A DNA stretch of 64,000 nucleotides from an uncultured Thermoleophilia bacterium. GTDB taxonomy: Bacteria; Actinomycetota; Thermoleophilia; UBA2241. Positions 50,086 to 58,868 of the stretch are shown in pieces. The DNA is taken from assembly GCA_963808735.1 (NCBI GenBank), contig CAWEHE010000008.1, positions 192,719 through 256,718 of the forward strand, given 5' to 3'. Below the pieces are notes generated by a model, which did no database searches, had not been told where the DNA came from, and saw only the letters and a program-made list of their open reading frames with translations. Made by a program: the position numbers and the translations under genes. Numbering within the stretch: position 1 is the stretch's first letter; every line of letters starts with the position of its first letter.

Positions 50086-50670
50086 TTGATTCGCACCCCC
50101 AGCCGCGCCGCCGTCGACCTGTACTGGATCCCCCTGGGCGCCGGTGGCCACGTCGTGCGGCTCAACGGCAAGGTCTTCGAGGCCGTGGTGTCAACGTTCG
50201 AACGCCGGTCCCCCCTCGACCTCTATCACTCGGCGCTTGAGGTGCGCGTGCCGGAGGGCCGCTACACGATTGAGAGTGCCCCGGTTCCGAACGCCCACGC
50301 GCATGAGCGTGGGGCCGTCTCTGGCGGTCCCGTCGGGAGCCGTTGGGCCGGGCGCCTGCGCATCTTTCGCTACGAGATCCGGTGCTGGCCTGGCGGGGTC
50401 ATCCCCGACCTCGGGGAGGCGGTCGAGAGCCCTCAGCGAATGACCGAGGATGAGGCGCGCGCCCGGAGTGTGCTCGCTCTCGCGCCCTGCGTGCCCACAC
50501 CCGTCTGGGGGCGCGATGAGCTGCAAGCCGGCGAGATGTGGAACTCGAACTCGATCATCTCCTGGCTCCTTGTGCGCAGCGGTCTGGGTGTGGAGTCGGC
50601 CAGTATGCCGAGTGGCGGGCGCGCTCCCGGATGGGATGCGGGTCTCGTCGTGGCGCGGCGGCAGGTCTAA
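50086..50670 (+). CDS. cassette 17 ORF: hypothetical protein
   Basis: TTG 50086 after GAGGAC. 194 aa. Stop TAA inside the inverse core GTCTAAC. Confidence 0.45.
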   Translation: MIRTPSRAAVDLYWIPLGAGGHVVRLNGKVFEAVVSTFERRSPLDLYHSALEVRVPEGRYTIESAPVPNAHAHERGAVSGGPVGSRWAGRLRIFRYEIRCWPGGVIPDLGEAVESPQRMTEDEARARSVLALAPCVPTPVWGRDELQAGEMWNSNSIISWLLVRSGLGVESASMPSGGRAPGWDAGLVVARRQV

Positions 50671-50749
50671 CAAGCGCAGCGAGCAGAACGCCAGCACGTA
50701 GACTCAATCCCAAACGCTGCCGCGTCTGCTCATGCGCGGTGCGTTAGCG
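50665..50749 (+). other. attC site 17
   Basis: GTCTAAC AAGCGCAGCGAGCAG..CTGCTCATGCGCGGTGC GTTAGCG, type C. Confidence 0.8.
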
Positions 50750-50823
50750 GTACAGCGAGTCGTGAGGGGAATGTCCACCACTCGGGTGCTGCGTCCGTCC
50801 GGGGCGCGGGGGAGACTGAAGCC

Positions 50824-51054
50824 ATGCGCAGCACCGATCTCGATATCTCCAAGATCTCCGTGGCCGAGCGTATCCAGCTCGCCGAGGACATCTGGGACAG
50901 CGTCGCCGCCGAGACCGGCGACCTCCCGCTCACCGAGGCCCAGGCCGCCGAACTCGATCGTCGCCTTGCCGACCTCGAGCGCGACCCGGACGCCGGTGAG
51001 AGCTGGCCGGTCGTGCGCGCCCGCATCGAGCAGCGTCTGGACGAGGCCGGCTGA
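50824..51054 (+). CDS. cassette 18: putative addiction-module antitoxin component
   Basis: 76 aa acidic helical protein (ISVAERIQLAEDIWDSV..LTEAQAAELDRRLADLERDPDAG) typical of small antitoxin families. Confidence 0.5.
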   Translation: MRSTDLDISKISVAERIQLAEDIWDSVAAETGDLPLTEAQAAELDRRLADLERDPDAGESWPVVRARIEQRLDEAG

Positions 51055-51057
51055 GGC

Positions 51058-51352
51058 ATGCGCCTCGTCGTCCGCGAGGCGGCCGAGGCGGACATCGCCG
51101 AAGCCGCACGCTGGTACGAGCGGCGCTCCCCCGGCCTCGGCTCGGAGTTCCGGGTGCGCTCAGCGTCGAGGCGATCACAGCGCCCGACGCCGCGAGACTG
51201 CTCATGGCCACCAGCGGCCAGCCGGTGCTGGTGAGCGACGACCTAGGCCTGACGTGGTCCGCAAGCGGCCACGCCTCTTGGCTCGGTGATGGCCCTGCCT
51301 GCGACATCGCCGCTGTTATGACCGTGCAGTACCTGGGGAGCAAGGGAGCCTA
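51058..51352 (+). pseudogene. cassette 18: ParE/RelE-like toxin remnant
   Basis: MRLVVREAAEADIAEAARWYERRSPGLGSEFRV.. then loses the family pattern. Ends at the degenerate last attC. Confidence 0.35.
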
Positions 51353-51440
51353 GCAGGCGCATCGAGCAGGGCACTCTAGGATCTATCGCACGGCGGCCGG
51401 CCGGCCGCGCCTGCTCATGCGCGAAGCGCTGGATGGACCG
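51348..51440 (+). other. attC site 18 (degenerate, end of array)
   Basis: GCCTAGC AGGCGCATCGAGCAG..CTGCTCATGCGCGAAGCGCTGG. Inverse core mutated (TAGC) and the GTTRRRY core lost. Confidence 0.5.
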
Positions 51441-51657
51441 CCATGTCCGGCCGGGCGCCGCGCCGGGGAGAAGGATCTCGCCGGAGCCGTGGCCGGGCAT
51501 AGACGGTCTCCTCGTCACCACGGTCCGAGGATTCGCAGTGCCGTCTTTGGGATACGACGCATACGAGCGTGACGGATGATCGAGGCCTCAGGCAGAAGCG
51601 GCACGGTGGCGGTGGCTTCCACTGATCGAAGTCCGGCACCGGGATAGGGGAACACAC

Positions 51658-52056
51658 ATGGTGAAGAGTGCGCCGCAGGATGGCCGGTCTCCCTCTCAGC
51701 TGATCGACGCGAGGATCGAGGAGCTGGGCGACTGGCGGGGCGAGATGCTCAGCCGGCTCCGTGCCTTGGTCAGGGAAGCCGACCCTGAAGTCGTCGAGGA
51801 GTGGAAGTGGAGAGGCGTTCCGGTGTGGTCCCACGACGGAATGGTCTGCACAGGCGAGACCTACAAGAACGTCGTGAAGACGACGTTCGCCAAAGGGGCC
51901 GCTCTGGAGGATCCGTCGGACCTCTTCAATTCCAGTCTCGAAGGGAAGACGAGGCGCGCCATCGACTTCCACGAAGGCGAGAAGATCGACGAGGAGGCGT
52001 TGAAGGCTCTCGTCCGCGCCGCCGTGGCACTGAACACGTCGCGAGCCAAGAGGTAG
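51658..52056 (+). CDS. DUF1801 (YdhG-like) domain protein
   Basis: 132 aa. LIDARIEELGDWRGEMLSRLRALVREADPEVVEEWKW. Confidence 0.6.
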   Translation: MVKSAPQDGRSPSQLIDARIEELGDWRGEMLSRLRALVREADPEVVEEWKWRGVPVWSHDGMVCTGETYKNVVKTTFAKGAALEDPSDLFNSSLEGKTRRAIDFHEGEKIDEEALKALVRAAVALNTSRAKR

Positions 52057-52183
52057 TCCACGCGATGAGGACGGGCCGCGCCGCAGGTCGCTCGACGCCC
52101 GGCACGCGCGTCGACCGCGTCTTCATCGAGCGCCTGGGCGGGCCCGGGACCCCGTCCGGCGAGCGCACCAACAGGGAGGGGAC

Positions 52184-52915
52184 ATGAGGCCGTTCATCCA
52201 TCATCGCGCCGGGGTCCTCGGCGTCGTTCTCGTCGTCGTGGCTGCGGCTACGCTCGTCGCCTATGCTCGGGCAGGTGGTGCTCCTGCGGCCTCGCAGCAG
52301 TCGGCGCCCGTGTGGCTGGACACTGCGTCGCCCGCGCTGACCGGCCACGACGTCGCCGTCAGCGGTGGCATCGACGCGCAGGCGGACCTCTCGGGCACCG
52401 CCGTCAAGATCTACAAGCGTGAGGTGGGCGAGAGCGTCGATACGCTCGTCGGCGACGCGCCCGTCACGTTCAACGTCATGAGCGGGAACGTGTTCGATGC
52501 CGTCATTCCCGCCGTGGCGCGCAGCTGCATCGTCACCGTCTCGTGGGAAGGCAACGCGGACTACCTCGCCTCGACCACGTGGATGTTCGCCGGCGTGAGG
52601 CCGAAGCTCGTGATCAGGGCGCCGGTTGCCACGCGCACGGAGACACGGGTGCGGGTCACGATCGCGCCCGAGCAGCCGCTTCACCGCCAGGGCATGACGC
52701 GGCCGCCGTTCCTCGCCGACGTCCAGTGCCGCAGGCACGGCGTGTGGACGAGGTTCCCCGCGGAGCTCGGAAACATGGGCACCGACGGCGAGTCCTGGTG
52801 CCTCTACACCTTCTACGACGTGAAGCCCGGAACCTATGTGATCCGGGCACGCTTCGCCGGCACCAACTACAACGTCGCGTCGGTGTCGAGGATCACGCGC
52901 ATCATCGTGCCGTGA
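52184..52915 (+). CDS. secreted hypothetical protein
   Basis: Signal peptide LGVVLVVVAAATLVAYARA. 243 aa, no family recognised. Confidence 0.5.
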   Translation: MRPFIHHRAGVLGVVLVVVAAATLVAYARAGGAPAASQQSAPVWLDTASPALTGHDVAVSGGIDAQADLSGTAVKIYKREVGESVDTLVGDAPVTFNVMSGNVFDAVIPAVARSCIVTVSWEGNADYLASTTWMFAGVRPKLVIRAPVATRTETRVRVTIAPEQPLHRQGMTRPPFLADVQCRRHGVWTRFPAELGNMGTDGESWCLYTFYDVKPGTYVIRARFAGTNYNVASVSRITRIIVP

Positions 52916-53005
52916 CCACGAGGGGCCCCCGGTCGTGCGCGGCGCGTCGTGCCGCTCCGCCGCGCCCGGTGCTCCGACCGGAACCGAAGCGAATCGGAGA
53001 CTGAC

Positions 53006-53395
53006 ATGATCCAAGGTTCCTGCCACTGCGGTGCGGTCCACTGGCGCTTCGAAGGGATGCCCGACGCAGCCACCTCGTGCAACTGCACCATCTGTCGACG
53101 CCACGGCGTGCTGTGGGCCTATGACTTCGAAGGCGAGGGCATCAGCGTCTCGGGTCCGACCCAAGCCTATGTGCGGGGCACCTCGATCGGGTTCCACTTC
53201 TGTCCTGCCTGTGGGTGCGTGGCCTATTGGCGCTCGCTGACACCCGACGAGCAGGGACGTCGCCGGATGGCGGTCAACCTGCGGCTGGCGGAACCGGAGG
53301 CCGTGGCGCAGATCCCAGTCGACCGTTTCGACGGGCTCGAGAGGTTCGAAGACCTGCCTCGAGACGGACGCCGTGTCGCGGACTACTGGGGCTGA
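53006..53395 (+). CDS. GFA (glutathione-dependent formaldehyde-activating / CENP-V) family protein
   Basis: ATG about 53006. Zinc-binding cysteines CHCGAV..CNCTICRRHG..CPACG. Confidence 0.7.
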   Translation: MIQGSCHCGAVHWRFEGMPDAATSCNCTICRRHGVLWAYDFEGEGISVSGPTQAYVRGTSIGFHFCPACGCVAYWRSLTPDEQGRRRMAVNLRLAEPEAVAQIPVDRFDGLERFEDLPRDGRRVADYWG

Positions 53396-53505
53396 GCCGT
53401 GACTGTAGCAGCCGAGTCCGTCGTCCGGCTCAAGCCGAACCACAGCCTCGGACACGGTCATGCCACGGCGATCCGGGCGGTCTTCACGGGCAGGGGCTGG
53501 GTCGC

Positions 53506-54015
53506 GTGACGGAGGCGGAGCGGATCTCCGTCGAGGAGATGTGGGCGGCCTTCCTCGAAGCACGGCCCGAGCTCGCGCCGCCGGGCGCGGCCTACTCGGC
53601 CTGGCACTTCTGCGACAACCAGGCCGACGCCGACGAGCTGGCCGATCTGGTCCTGGCGGGGCTCAAACGAGCCACTGCCAGCGCCCTGTGGTCCTACGAG
53701 GCCGAGGAAGAGCCACTGCCGCGCGTGGGCGATCTCAGCGTGATCACGGGCTGGAGTGGCGAGGCGCGATGCGTGATCCGCACGAGCCTGGTGGAGGTGC
53801 TCGCCTTCGCCGACGTCGGCGTCGAGTTCGCGGCCGCCGAGGGCGAGGGGGACGGATCGCTGGCGTACTGGCGCGAAGCGCACTGGGTCGCATTCGGTCG
53901 TGAGCTGGAAGGGTCCGATCGCTCGCCGGCCCCAGACATGCCCGTCGTGTGTGAGCGCTTCGAGGTCGTGTTTCCGCTCGTCGACGGCCCGGCGTCGCCT
54001 GGCCCCGACGTCTGA
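53506..54015 (+). CDS. ASCH-domain protein
   Basis: GTG about 53506. ..AWHFCDNQADADELADLVLAGLKRATASALWSYE.. Confidence 0.55.
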   Translation: MTEAERISVEEMWAAFLEARPELAPPGAAYSAWHFCDNQADADELADLVLAGLKRATASALWSYEAEEEPLPRVGDLSVITGWSGEARCVIRTSLVEVLAFADVGVEFAAAEGEGDGSLAYWREAHWVAFGRELEGSDRSPAPDMPVVCERFEVVFPLVDGPASPGPDV

Positions 54016-54149
54016 CGGCACGGCCGCCGGGCTCACGCTCATCGCCCGAGGAATGGAGGACGTCGCGTTGAGGGAAGACCAATTGCGGCAGTGATCCCGG
54101 CAGAGACCCCCTTCCCGGCGTCCCGGCGCCGTGAGCGACTGGCAGGTGC

Positions 54150-54527
54150 ATGATGACCGACCGTTCGAAGGCCACGACCATCGACGAGTACATCGCCGAG
54201 TTCCCTCCCGAGACGCAGGCGGTCCTGAAGGAGGTGCGCCGCGTCATCCGCGCGGCGGCTCCCGCCGCGACCGAGACCATGAGCTACGCGATCCCGACGT
54301 TCGACCTGAACGCCAGGCACGTGGTGCACTTCGCCGGCTACGCACGGCACATCGGGCTGTACCCGGGTGCGAGCGGCATCGCCGCGTTCGCCGGCGAGCT
54401 CGCGCAGTACAAGCACGCCAAGGGATCGGTGCAGTTCCCGCTCGGCGAGCCGCTGCCCATCGACCTGATCGGCCGGATCGTGGAGTACCGGGTGGAGGAA
54501 AGCGACCGATCGGAGGGAGATGAGTGA
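54150..54527 (+). CDS. DUF1801 (YdhG-like) domain protein, second copy
   Basis: 125 aa. IDEYIAEFPPETQAVLKEVRRVIRAAAP. Confidence 0.6.
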   Translation: MMTDRSKATTIDEYIAEFPPETQAVLKEVRRVIRAAAPAATETMSYAIPTFDLNARHVVHFAGYARHIGLYPGASGIAAFAGELAQYKHAKGSVQFPLGEPLPIDLIGRIVEYRVEESDRSEGDE

Positions 54528-54879
54528 CCGTTGGGTAGTGGGCAAGAAGGCGGACGTCGACGCGACGGCGATGGCCGGCGACGGCATCGAGGGCGTCGTC
54601 AAGCGCGTGCTGGTCTCGCCCGAGCAGGGGTGGGAGGGATGGGTGATGCGGCTGTTCGACGTGGAGTCGGGCGGCCACACGCCCAGGCACGCGCACGACT
54701 GGCCGCACATCAACTTCGTCGCCGGCGGCAGCGGCGTGCTGCTTCTGGACGGCGTGGAGCACCCGCTCGCGCCCGGCGCGTACGCCTACGTGCCGGCCGG
54801 ACACGAGCACCAGTTCCGCGCCGCTGCGGACGCGCCGCTCTCCTTCGTCTGCATCGTGCCGGAGGGCGGCGACTACTGA
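54520..54879 (+). CDS. cupin-domain protein
   Basis: 119 aa. Two His-containing cupin motifs (GGHTPRHAHDWPHINFVAGG, PAGHEHQF). Confidence 0.65.
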   Translation: MSDRWVVGKKADVDATAMAGDGIEGVVKRVLVSPEQGWEGWVMRLFDVESGGHTPRHAHDWPHINFVAGGSGVLLLDGVEHPLAPGAYAYVPAGHEHQFRAAADAPLSFVCIVPEGGDY

Positions 54880-55068
54880 GGCGCGGGGCGGGGCCGCGCC
54901 TGCCCGGCGCGCCGGCCGGGCGCGGCCGAATCCTTGAAATCCCGGCCCAGTGGGCATTGACTAGTCTGAGGCCGTTCGGAGGGCCGGCGCGACGCGCCGG
55001 CGCCGCCGCACGGCCCTCGTGACGCTGACGACGACGCGCCCGGGCCGCAGGCCGTCCGGAGAAGGAGA

Positions 55069-56229
55069 GTGATCGCCGTGTCCCCTGCCGAGAGCCGGCT
55101 CGCCGAACTCCGCCGTCTGGGTCAGAGCCCCTGGTTCGACTACATCAACCGGGCCCTGATCGAGCGCGGAGGTCTCAGGAAGATGGTCGACCGCGATGGC
55201 CTCGGCGGCGTCACCACCAACCCGGCGATCTTCGAGCAGTCCGTCGGCGGGGGCAGGGAGTACGACGAGGAGATCGTCACACTCGCGCGGCAGGGGATGG
55301 ACGCCGCGACGATCCTCGACCGGCTGGCGATCGACGACGTGCGCGCGGCCTGCGACGTCCTCGCGCCCGTGTATCTCGGCAGCGGCGGAGAAGACGGCTT
55401 CGTCAGCATCGAGGTGTCGCCGCACCTCGCCTACGACACTCAGGGGTCCATCGACGAGGCTCACCGTCTGTTCACGGCGGTCGACCGGCCGAACGTGCTG
55501 GTCAAGATCCCGGGCACCCGGGAGGGGGTCCCGGCGATCCTGCGCTGCCTGCAGGACGGCCTCAACATCAACATCACCCTGCTCTTCTCGCTGACCCAGT
55601 ACGAGGCCATCGCCGAGGCCTACATCGACGCGCTCGAATACAGGCTCGGCCGCGACCTCACGATCCGCGCGACCTCGTCGGTCGCGAGCGTCTTCGTCTC
55701 GCGCGTCGACACGCACGTCGACGGACTGCTGGACGAGAGGGTGGAGGCCGCCGCCGACGAGGCGGAGCGGCGGCGGCTCGGCTCTCTCAAGGGACGCGCC
55801 GGCGTGGCCAACGCCAAGGTCGTCTACGAGCGCTTTCGCAGCTACCTCAACGGGCGCGAGTGGCAGCTCATCGCCGCCTCGGGAGCCAAGATCCAGCGGG
55901 TGCTCTGGGCGAGCACGGGAGTCAAGGACCAGACCTACCCCGATACATTGTACGTGGACGAGCTCATCGGCGAGCACACCGTGACCACGCTGCCCGAGCT
56001 CACGTGGCGGGCGTTCAAGGACCACGGCAGCGTGGCGCGCACCGTGGACCGGCACCTCGAGGATGCGCACCGCCTGGTGCGCGAGCTCGGCCAGGCGGGC
56101 ATCGACCTGGAGCGCGTGGGCGCCCAGCTGCAGAGCGAGGGCATCGGACTCTTCATCGAGGCCTACGACAGGCTCCTCGAGATCGTGGAAGAAAAGCGCG
56201 TGAGGCTGCTCGCGGGCGAAGGGAGCTGA
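55069..56229 (+). CDS. tal: transaldolase
   Basis: 386 aa. SPWFDYINR, GVTTNPAIF, active-site Lys region LVKIPGT. Confidence 0.9.
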   Translation: MIAVSPAESRLAELRRLGQSPWFDYINRALIERGGLRKMVDRDGLGGVTTNPAIFEQSVGGGREYDEEIVTLARQGMDAATILDRLAIDDVRAACDVLAPVYLGSGGEDGFVSIEVSPHLAYDTQGSIDEAHRLFTAVDRPNVLVKIPGTREGVPAILRCLQDGLNINITLLFSLTQYEAIAEAYIDALEYRLGRDLTIRATSSVASVFVSRVDTHVDGLLDERVEAAADEAERRRLGSLKGRAGVANAKVVYERFRSYLNGREWQLIAASGAKIQRVLWASTGVKDQTYPDTLYVDELIGEHTVTTLPELTWRAFKDHGSVARTVDRHLEDAHRLVRELGQAGIDLERVGAQLQSEGIGLFIEAYDRLLEIVEEKRVRLLAGEGS

Positions 56230-56230
56230 C

Positions 56231-57922
56231 ATGGAACAAGCACTGCTGCCCGCCTGGCTCGACGAAGCCGTCGAGCGGCGCCTCGAACGCCTGCAGGCCG
56301 ACCGCTACCCCGAGCGCCTCTGGGAGGCCGACGCCAGCCTCTGGAAGCCGGACGACGAGGCGCATCAGGCGATCATCGGCAACTCGCTCGGCTGGCTCAG
56401 CGTCTTCGAGGGCGTGCGCGAGCAGATCGAAGGCGTCAACGAGTTCGTCGACGAGCTGCGCGCCGAGGGCTTCCGCTCCGCGGTGCTGCTCGGCATGGGC
56501 GGCTCGAGCCTCGCGCCGGAGGTGCTCGAGGCCGTGCTCGGCACCAGGGACGGCTATCTCGAGCTGCACGTGCTCGACTCCACCGACCCGGCCGCCGTCC
56601 TTGCCGTCGAGGCGGCCGTCGATCTCGAGTCCACGCTCTTCATCGTCTCGAGCAAGTCGGGCGGCACGACCGAGACGGCGAGCTTCCACGCGTTCTTCTA
56701 CGAGCGCCTCCGGGCCCACTGCGGCGAGCATGCCGGACACCACTTCGTCGCCATCACCGACGAGGGCACCTCCCTCCAGGAGGAGGCACTGGCCCAGGGC
56801 TTCCGCGCCATCTTCGTGAACCCCTCGGACATCGGCGGCCGGTACTCGGCGCTCAGCTTCTTCGGCATGGTGCCGGCGGCGCTGATCGGCGTGGATCTGG
56901 AACGGCTGCTCGACGGCGTGCGCGACGTCGCCGTGGCCTGCGGGCCCGACGTGCCCTCGGCCGAGAACCCCGGCCTGCGCCTCGGCGTCGTCCTCGCTGA
57001 GGCCGCGCTCGCCGGCCGCGACAAACTCACGATCGTCACCGAGCCTCCGCTGCGGGCGCTCGGCGCCTGGGTGGAGCAGCTGGTCGCCGAGAGCACCGGC
57101 AAGGAGGGCACGGGCATCCTGCCGGTGGACCTCGAGCCGGTCGGCGACCCCGAGGTGTACGGCGCGGACCGCGTGTTCGCCGCCGTGGGCCTCGCCAGCG
57201 TCGCCGCGACGGGCTCCGCGGGCCGGCTTATGGACCTGGCCGCCGCCGGTCACCCCGTGTTGGGTCACGAGATGGAAGGCGCCTACGCCCTCGGGGGGGA
57301 GTTCCTTCGCTGGGAGATCGCCGTGGCGACGGCGGGATACGTGCTCGGCATCGACCCGTTCGACCAGCCCAACGTGCAGGAGAGCAAGGACAACACCAGG
57401 CGACTGCTCGCCGGCTTCATCGCCAGCGGCGAACTGCTCGAGGACCTGCCGGCCGGTGACGGCCGGCAGGCGTTCCCGCTGGAGGACGGGGAGCTGCCCG
57501 CGGCGCTCGCCGCGTTCCTGGCGCAGGCCGCGCCGGGCGACTACGTGGCGCTGCAGGCGTACGTGGCCCCCGGCGAAGCGGTCTGGGGCCGACTCCAGAC
57601 GCTGCGCCTGGAGCTGCGCGATCACCTGCGTCTCGCCACGACGCTGGGCTACGGCCCGCGCTTTCTGCACTCCACAGGGCAGCTGCACAAGGGCGGTCCC
57701 AACCGGGGTCTGTTCCTCCAGCTGGTGGGGGACGACCCCGTCGACGCGGACATCCCGGGCCAGCCCTACAGCTTCAGCGTGCTCATGCGGGCCCAGGCGC
57801 GCGGCGACCTCGGCGCCCTCAGGGCCCACGGCTGCCGCGCCCTGCGCGTCGGCCTTGGTGACGACGTTCAGGACGGTGTCCGGCGCCTGACCGATCTGGT
57901 CGCCGCCGCGCTTCCACGGTAG
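56231..57922 (+). CDS. pgi: glucose-6-phosphate isomerase
   Basis: 563 aa. SIS domains (LGMGGSSL, SSKSGGTTET). Confidence 0.9.
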   Translation: MEQALLPAWLDEAVERRLERLQADRYPERLWEADASLWKPDDEAHQAIIGNSLGWLSVFEGVREQIEGVNEFVDELRAEGFRSAVLLGMGGSSLAPEVLEAVLGTRDGYLELHVLDSTDPAAVLAVEAAVDLESTLFIVSSKSGGTTETASFHAFFYERLRAHCGEHAGHHFVAITDEGTSLQEEALAQGFRAIFVNPSDIGGRYSALSFFGMVPAALIGVDLERLLDGVRDVAVACGPDVPSAENPGLRLGVVLAEAALAGRDKLTIVTEPPLRALGAWVEQLVAESTGKEGTGILPVDLEPVGDPEVYGADRVFAAVGLASVAATGSAGRLMDLAAAGHPVLGHEMEGAYALGGEFLRWEIAVATAGYVLGIDPFDQPNVQESKDNTRRLLAGFIASGELLEDLPAGDGRQAFPLEDGELPAALAAFLAQAAPGDYVALQAYVAPGEAVWGRLQTLRLELRDHLRLATTLGYGPRFLHSTGQLHKGGPNRGLFLQLVGDDPVDADIPGQPYSFSVLMRAQARGDLGALRAHGCRALRVGLGDDVQDGVRRLTDLVAAALPR

Positions 57923-57965
57923 AGATCACGGCAGGGGCTTGCCCCGGCGGAACGAGGAGGATGTG

Positions 57966-58868
57966 ATGGACATAGCCATGGTCGGGCTGGGCCGCATGGG
58001 CGGCAACATGGCGCGGCGCCTGCTGCGCGGCGGGCACCGGGTCGTGGTCTGGAACCGCACCTATGCCAAGGCGGAGGAGCTCGGCGCAAAAGGCGCCGAG
58101 CCGGTCCGTCAGCTCACCGACGTGGTCGCCGCGCTCGAGGCGCCGCGCGTCATCTGGATCATGCTGCCGTACGGCGAAGCCACGCAGGCGGCGATCGACG
58201 AGCTGATGCCGCTTCTCGACGAGGGCGACATCCTCGTGGACGGCGGCAACTCGCCGTTCCAGCACGACATAGAGCGCGGCGCCCAGCTGGCGCCGCAGGG
58301 CATCCGCTACCTCGACGCCGGCACCAGCGGCGGGGTCTGGGGGCTCGAGGTCGGGTACTGCCTCATGGTCGGCGGCGACCGCTCGGCGTTCGATCACGTC
58401 GAGCCGCTGCTCGCGACGCTCGCGCCTCCCGGTCACGGCTACGAGTACTGCGGCGGGCACGGCTCGGGCCACTTCGTGAAGATGGTCCACAACGGCATCG
58501 AGTACGGCATGATGCAGGCCTACGCCGAGGGCTTCGAGCTGCTGGAGGCCACGGACTGGGACCTGGACCTCGCATCTATCGCCGACCTCTGGAACCAGGG
58601 CAGCGTGGTCCGCAGCTGGCTGCTCGAGCTGGCCGCCGACGCGTTCAAGAAGGACCCCGGCCTCGAGCACATCACCGGCTACGTCGAGGACACCGGCGAG
58701 GGCCGCTGGACCGTGGAGCAGGGGATCGCCCACTCGGTGCCGATGCCGGCCATCACGGCAGCGCTCTTCATGCGCTTCCGCTCGCGCCAGGCCGACACGT
58801 TCAGCGGCAAGGTGCTGGCGGCGCTGCGCAACGAGTTCGGCGGCCACGCCGTCAAGGAGAAGGAGTGA
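57966..58868 (+). CDS. gnd: 6-phosphogluconate dehydrogenase, decarboxylating (short NAD-dependent Gnd/YqeC-like form)
   Basis: ATG 57966 after GAGGAGGATG. Rossmann VGLGRMGGNMARRL. HNGIEYGMMQAYAEGF 6PGDH signature. Confidence 0.8.
   Translation: MDIAMVGLGRMGGNMARRLLRGGHRVVVWNRTYAKAEELGAKGAEPVRQLTDVVAALEAPRVIWIMLPYGEATQAAIDELMPLLDEGDILVDGGNSPFQHDIERGAQLAPQGIRYLDAGTSGGVWGLEVGYCLMVGGDRSAFDHVEPLLATLAPPGHGYEYCGGHGSGHFVKMVHNGIEYGMMQAYAEGFELLEATDWDLDLASIADLWNQGSVVRSWLLELAADAFKKDPGLEHITGYVEDTGEGRWTVEQGIAHSVPMPAITAALFMRFRSRQADTFSGKVLAALRNEFGGHAVKEKE

Larger units (their letters stand above)
38765..51440 (+). mobile_element. chromosomal integron: intI, attI region and an array of about 18 attC-bounded gene cassettes
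   Basis: IntI homolog plus 18 co-oriented 85-90 bp elements, each beginning RYYYAAC and ending GTTRRRY with imperfect internal dyad symmetry. Spacers of 0.4-0.8 kb each carry one or two small ORFs. Confidence 0.85.

Noticed and set aside
40596-51440. Regularly spaced, about 85-bp semi-palindromic repeats that look superficially like a CRISPR array
   Set aside because: The repeats are too long and imperfect, and begin and end with RYYYAAC / GTTRRRY core sites. The spacers are 0.4-0.8 kb and each contains an RBS-preceded ORF. There are no cas genes. This is an integron attC array, not a CRISPR.
51415-51972. 185-aa minus-strand ORF
   Set aside because: It is antisense to the DUF1801 gene (51658..52056) and to the degenerate attC. 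It has no protein-like features.
52915-53000. GC-rich inverted repeat after the secreted-protein gene as a possible additional attC
   Set aside because: It lacks inverse-core/core sites and has no similarity to the 18-member attC family. It is more likely a simple terminator-like hairpin.
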